64,000 nucleotides of DNA from the human T2T-CHM13v2.0 reference genome, Homo sapiens. The stretch's first letter is position 1. Each line of letters begins with the position of its first letter. A model generated the notes under the pieces. The model saw only the letters and a list, made by a program, of their open reading frames with translations. It was not told the DNA's origin and did no database searches. The stretch lies in the NCBI RefSeq assembly GCF_009914755.1, contig NC_060936.1; one strand, written 5' to 3'. Shown piece after piece: positions 58,854 to 64,000 of the stretch. The position numbers and the translations under genes were made by a program.

Positions 58854-59420
58854 TTTCTGGTTCTAGATCCTTGAGGAATCCCACTACTGGGTATATACCC
58901 AAAGGAATATAAATCATTCAACTATAAAGACACATGCACACATATGTTTATTGCAGCACTATTCATAACAGCAAAGACTTGAAAGCAACCCAGATGCCCA
59001 TCAATGATAGACTGGCTAAAGAAAATGTGGCACATATACACCATGGAATACTATGCAGCCATAAAAAAGGATGAGTTCATGTCCTTTGCAGGGACATAGA
59101 TGAAGCTGGAAACCATTATTCTCAGCAAACTAACACAGGAACAGAAAACCAAACACCACATGCTCTCACTCATAAGTGGGAATTGAACAATGCGAACACA
59201 TGGACACAGGGAGGGGAACATCACACACCGGGGTCTATCAGAGGGTGGTGGAGCCAGGGGAGGGAGAGCATTAGGAGAAATTCCTAATGTAGATGACAGA
59301 CTGATGCATGCAGCAAACCACCATGGCACGTGTAGACCTATGTAACAAGCCTGCAGGTTCTGCACATGTATCCCAGAACTTAAAGCATAATAAAAAAAAA
59401 AATGTTCTAAAAAAAAAAAA
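58854..59420 (+). mobile_element. L1PA7/8-like 3' end with 27-bp 5' inversion
   Basis: Inverted tttctggttctagatccttgaggaatc, then sense ORF2 end, 3'UTR and poly(A). Confidence 0.93.
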
Positions 59421-59433
59421 GGTACTCAACTTT

Positions 59434-59794
59434 AGACTGTCATTGACAGGCATTTGTGTTGATTCCAAGTCTTTGCTATTGTGAAGAGTGCTGCAATAAA
59501 CATATGTGTGCATATGTCGTTATAGTAGAATGATTTATAATTCTTTGGGTATATACTTAGTAATGGGATTGCTTGGTTAAATGGTATTTCTGGTTCTAGA
59601 TCCTTGAGGAATTGCCACACTGTTTTTCCACAATGGGTGAACTAATTTACACTCCCACCAACAGTGCAAAAGAATTCCTATGTCTCCACATCCTCTCCAG
59701 CATCTGTTGTTTCCTGACTTTTTAATGATTGCCATTCTGAGTGAGATGGTATCTCATTGTGGTTTTGATTTGCATTTCTCTAATGACCAGTGAT
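59434..59794 (-). mobile_element. L1PA7/8-like ORF2 fragment without 3'UTR or tail
   Basis: ORF 59432-59620 WQFLKDLEPEIPFNQAIPLL... Confidence 0.92.
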
Positions 59795-59844
59795 TATCAG
59801 GAAAGTTAAAAACATAAAATCATGGGCTAACACTGGATATCCAC

Positions 59845-60169
59845 TGTTTTAGTCCCTTCAGACTGCTGTAACAAAATACCATAAACTGAGTAGCTTATAA
59901 AGAATAGACATTTTTAAGTCCAAGATTAAGGTACCAACAGATTTGGTATCCTGAGATTTCTGGTTCTTAGTGTAATCATTTGGTGGAAGGGCTGAAGGAG
60001 TTCTCTCAAGCTTCTTTTATAAGGGCATTAATCCTTTTCATGAGGTCTGGCTTTATAATCTACTCACCTACCAAGGGCCCCTCTTCTTAATACTATTAAC
60101 ATATGAATTTGGGGGGTTTATATTTCAACATATGAATATGGGGAAGATACAAACATTCAGATCATAGCA
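59845..60169 (-). mobile_element. MLT1A0-like solo LTR
   Basis: tgttttagtcc...ctgtaacaaaataccataaactg...acaaacattcagatcatagca. Confidence 0.85.
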
Positions 60170-60212
60170 CCCAGAAAATGTCTACAGTCAAAAACCAAAT
60201 GACAATGGGAAG

Positions 60213-60256
60213 TGTATTCGTCAGTTAATACACTTCTAGAAAAAGAACAAATAGAA

Positions 60257-60296
<40 letters not shown>

Positions 60297-60600
60297 GTGT
60301 TGGAGAGAGAGAAAGAGAGATTTTAAGATATTGGTTTATGTTATAGTGTGGCCTGGCAATCTAATATTTGGAGAGCGGGTATTCTTGTCCAGGGGACCTC
60401 AGTCTTTTCGGTTAAGGCCTTTAACTTAAAGGATAATGTGCACCTACATTGTGGAAGATAATCTGCTTTACTCAAAACCTACTTATGGAAACATTAATCA
60501 CATCTAAAATATACCTTAACAGCAACATTTAGACTAGTTTTTGATTGAAGAACTAGGTGCCATTACCTAGGAAAGTTGACACATAAAGTTAATCATCACA
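60213..60600 (-). mobile_element. MLT2D-like LTR with internal (TG)n(CG)n and (GA)n tracts
   Basis: ataatctgctttactcaaa...agttgacacataaagttaatcatcaca. Confidence 0.85.
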
Positions 60601-61225
60601 TCAAATTAAATGATATGTTATTGGTAGGAATATAAATGAACTCAGCCTCTTTGGACCTTTGGCAGTATTTACTAAAGCATGCTTTATAACTCAGCAGTTA
60701 CCCTCACTCATGTATAACAGAAATATGTACATGAGTGAAACAAAAGATATATGCAAGAGTGATTATAGGAGTATTCGTTGTTAGAGCTTGAAACTAGAAT
60801 AATCCAAGTATCTATCAGGAGTAAAATGAATAAATACATTATGCAACGAAGTCATGAAATACTACACAGTAATGGAGAAAATCAAGAGGCTCAATAATGA
60901 ATAATTCTCACAGGCATGAAATGCAATGAAAAAAGATGTATTCAAAAGAGTACATGGTGAAAAAACTTTTAATGTACAGTATCTATTTAGGCAAAGCTAG
61001 TTTATGGTGTAAGAATTGAGAACAGTAGTTATCTTTAGGGTTGATAACAACTGGAAACTTGCACGGAAGATACTTTTGCAATTATGATAAACTATCATAT
61101 ATTTAATTTGGTAGTGGTTACAATAGTGTGTTTACTATGAATAATTCATTAAATTATATACCTATAATAAGATCTATGGATTTTATTGCATATATACTAT
61201 AATTCCATAGAGTTTAAACAATAAG
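60601..61225 (+). mobile_element. L1ME-like 3' region
   Basis: Decayed 3'UTR motifs (aatccaagtatctatcaggagtaaaatgaataaata; gtagtggttacaatagtgtg). Confidence 0.65.
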
Positions 61226-61729
61226 TAAAGTTATATCCTTACCTAATGATCTTTTAATTTAATTTATAAATGACAATACACTGCAGGTTATAATTTATAT
61301 ATTATCTGATTCTTGAAGTCAAGAACAAATATGGTACATCTTCCTGAAATTTAATGTTGATTTATTTAAAATTACTTTTACATTGAAGATACTTCTATGT
61401 TACAAGACTGTGATAAAAATGTTGCCTTACTCTTGAAGATAAAACATAAGACTTAAAAGACATTTTAATTAAGTCATCAGCTGCTTCAGGCTTTACCCTC
61501 AGATGCCCAGAAGGTAACATGCAATGGCCTTCTGTCAAGTTTCTTTGTTAGGGAGATTTGAGACTCACTCCCCAATATTAAAATGAAGTCCAGTAGATAA
61601 ACTCTTTCAGTGTTAAAATTTAAAACAGAAACATGTAAGTATGAAGAAAAGTTTTACATATATTTTAGTAAAAAGAAAATATCCTATGTTTAATACCAAA
61701 GGAGAAAACACGGAGTAAAAGATCAATTA

Positions 61730-61953
61730 AGAACGAGAACACATGAACAAACAGAGAAAAACAATACACACTGGGGCTTATTGGAGGGTAGAGGATGGGA
61801 GGAGAGAGAGGATCAAGAAAAATAACTAATGGGTATTAGGCCTGATACCTGAGTGATGAAATAATCAGTACAACAGACTACCATGACACAAGCTTACCTA
61901 TGTAACAAATCTGCACATGTACCCCTGAACTTAAAATAAAAGCTTAAAAAAAA
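61730..61953 (+). mobile_element. L1PA13-15-like 3' end
   Basis: gagaggatcaagaaaaataactaatggg...gtacccctgaacttaaaataaaag. Confidence 0.88.
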
Positions 61954-63539
61954 TTAGTAACATTAAAAAAAGCCAAAGATTTTTTAAAATTCTGCAGCAT
62001 TCTTTTGTGTAAAATAATTCTTTTGATGGCAAAAAAAGAGGGAAAGTTACTTGCAATGTATATATCTTATATTTTAGTTCTCTTAATCTAAAAGGGACTC
62101 TTTTAAATCAATTTGATAACTAAAATAACATTGTTTAAAATTGAGACACTATGTGTACAGTCCCCCCAGAATTCAGGTTCCAGAGAACAAAATATCTTCA
62201 CAGCTCAATTAGAAGGAATTTTGAAGAAATGCCAGAATTAGCTCTAGTTGGAAATTAGAAGAGAACTTCAAATATCTAGGCACTCTGGTAAAGAAAACCT
62301 CTCACTTGGAATTCACATCAACAATAGAAAGAGTAAAACACTGGGTACAAAATCTACATTTTCATGTAGTCATCCTCCTCTCTTCCTTTCCGCTAAACTC
62401 ATAGCCTCATCACCATTTCACTTGAGATCAAGTCTAATCTCATTTTAGCTTTTAGCCCTGGGTTGTAGATTCTTAAAGTAATAATTTGTGTTGGTTTTTC
62501 TTATGGATGAGAAGAGTGCCTAGCATGTGGTTGAGCCTCAAAAAATATTTTTTGAATTGAATTGAACTTGATAGTCACCACAAGAAATCTAGAATTCACC
62601 AGCAATCCTTCAGCCTCCAGATTCTAATATATAGGCTCTGTACATTTCCTTTTCCATTTTATATTGTGGTCCCTTCTTAAAACATACAGCTTTTTTCTGT
62701 ACTCTGCAATCCATTAACAAATGTCTTAATAACCTCACACTCCTTTTTTGTTGAAATTCTTTCCTAATTCTTACATTGATTAAAATTGCCTTAGTACTGA
62801 AACATGGTATACACTGTTGTCCTCTGAAGTAGTGACTATTTTTTTACCCTCTCTCTTTGTATCTCTAGTCACAGAGTAGGAGATGGGTGACTGACCTCTT
62901 TTCTGCAAATTGTTGCTGCCTCTTCTCTGAAACTGCAGCTTTGACTGTTGTCATTAAACTATATCAATCATCACCTTTCTTGTTGCCGTTTTCTATATAA
63001 ATGTTACCTTAATTTGTCTGTAGAGACTTATATTCATAGATAATTTTACTTGTTTGTGCCCTAATTTTAAAATATTTTGATATCCATATTGATGATCCTT
63101 CTAATATATTTTCAGTTACTTGATCTCTCTTTTGTTTCTCTGAATATTATGTATTCCTTCAAGTTAAACACTTACTCTCATGGTCATAAAACAGTTAAGT
63201 CAATCTATCTCCCAAATTCTCAGTTTTAGTCATCTACTGTGAACAACCACCACTATATTTTCAGTTCACTCCACGTTTTATACTCCACTGGCAACTACCA
63301 CATATCAATTTTACCAACTTTCTACTGTCCCCATCATTGTCATTTTATCACTTCCCTTTTAATCTAGCTTATTTTTCTTTGTTTTATTATTTTAGTCATT
63401 TCTTAGCTCATACACTCAAGCTCTTTGACTCTAATATGTCTTTCACTGAACTTCTCTGTGAAAATAAGAACTTTGATTTAATAAATTTCTCTCCCTACCA
63501 TTTTCTAAAACACACACAGCCAGATAAACATGATTGAAA

Positions 63540-63541
<2 letters not shown>

Positions 63542-63574
<33 letters not shown>
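63542..63574. repeat. (CA)n microsatellite
   Basis: Seen directly. Confidence 0.98.
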
Positions 63575-63576
<2 letters not shown>

Positions 63577-63742
63577 CATGTACAGGCATACTGATGCTTG
63601 TCAATTTATGTTAATGATCACAAAAGGGCCCCATGTTTATTTCCAGTTATACTAAATTCCTTTGTTGATTCATAATTTTACTTTCCTAAAAGACAATTTT
63701 GTATTTTCTCTCTCCTGACACCTTCAAACCCTCTTCTCCTAT

Positions 63743-63790
63743 CATTACTTTTAATGGTAAAAATGGCAATTACTTTTGCACCAACTAATA
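63743..63790. mobile_element. Partial MADE1 (Hsmar1-derived MITE)
   Basis: cattacttttaatggtaaaaatggcaattacttttgcaccaactaata matches the MADE1 spacer and right arm plus TA. Confidence 0.85.
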
Positions 63791-64000
63791 CATGTTTCAT
63801 TGAAAAGCAATAAGCAAAAAAAAAAAAAAAAAAAAAATCTGTTTTCATCAACACATCTACCAACCTTCCTGCCACTATAAGTACATATTCTGTCTTCTTT
63901 CTTGTCTTCATGGAAACATGGCTTTTACTGCTATGTAAGATGAACACCTGCATTTGTACACTAGGTACTAATCTTGCTTTCTTACTCAACAGCTCCATTA

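Larger units (their letters stand above)
62320..64000 (+). mobile_element. L2 remnants
   Basis: L2 tail near 62515-62565 and pyrimidine-rich L2 ORF2-like tract to the window end. Confidence 0.55.

Overview
AT-rich, repeat-dense primate (human/great-ape-like) genomic DNA, intergenic or deep intronic. I recognise no host protein-coding gene, RNA gene or CRISPR array, and no new biological system. Most of the window is transposon-derived. It holds a full-length but inactivated ~6.16 kb L1PA3-type LINE-1 on the minus strand, with a 15-bp target-site duplication (TSD), the older 5'UTR segment retained and the ORF0 start lost. There are also two internally deleted older L1s, a long L1MA fragment, many L1M/L2/MIR remnants, three Alus, several solo LTRs (THE1, MST/MLT, MLT2, LTR40-like, MER52-like), MER5 and a partial MADE1. 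The most interesting signals are structural: four 5'-inverted (twin-primed) L1 insertions of different ages, an L1-Alu fusion, a double-L1 knot, and two ~150-185 bp locally templated insertions with hairpin or stutter junctions. Two weak exon-like candidates lie at ~35.7 kb and ~39.3 kb. Repeat subfamily calls come from remembered consensus sequences, and old-repeat boundaries are approximate.
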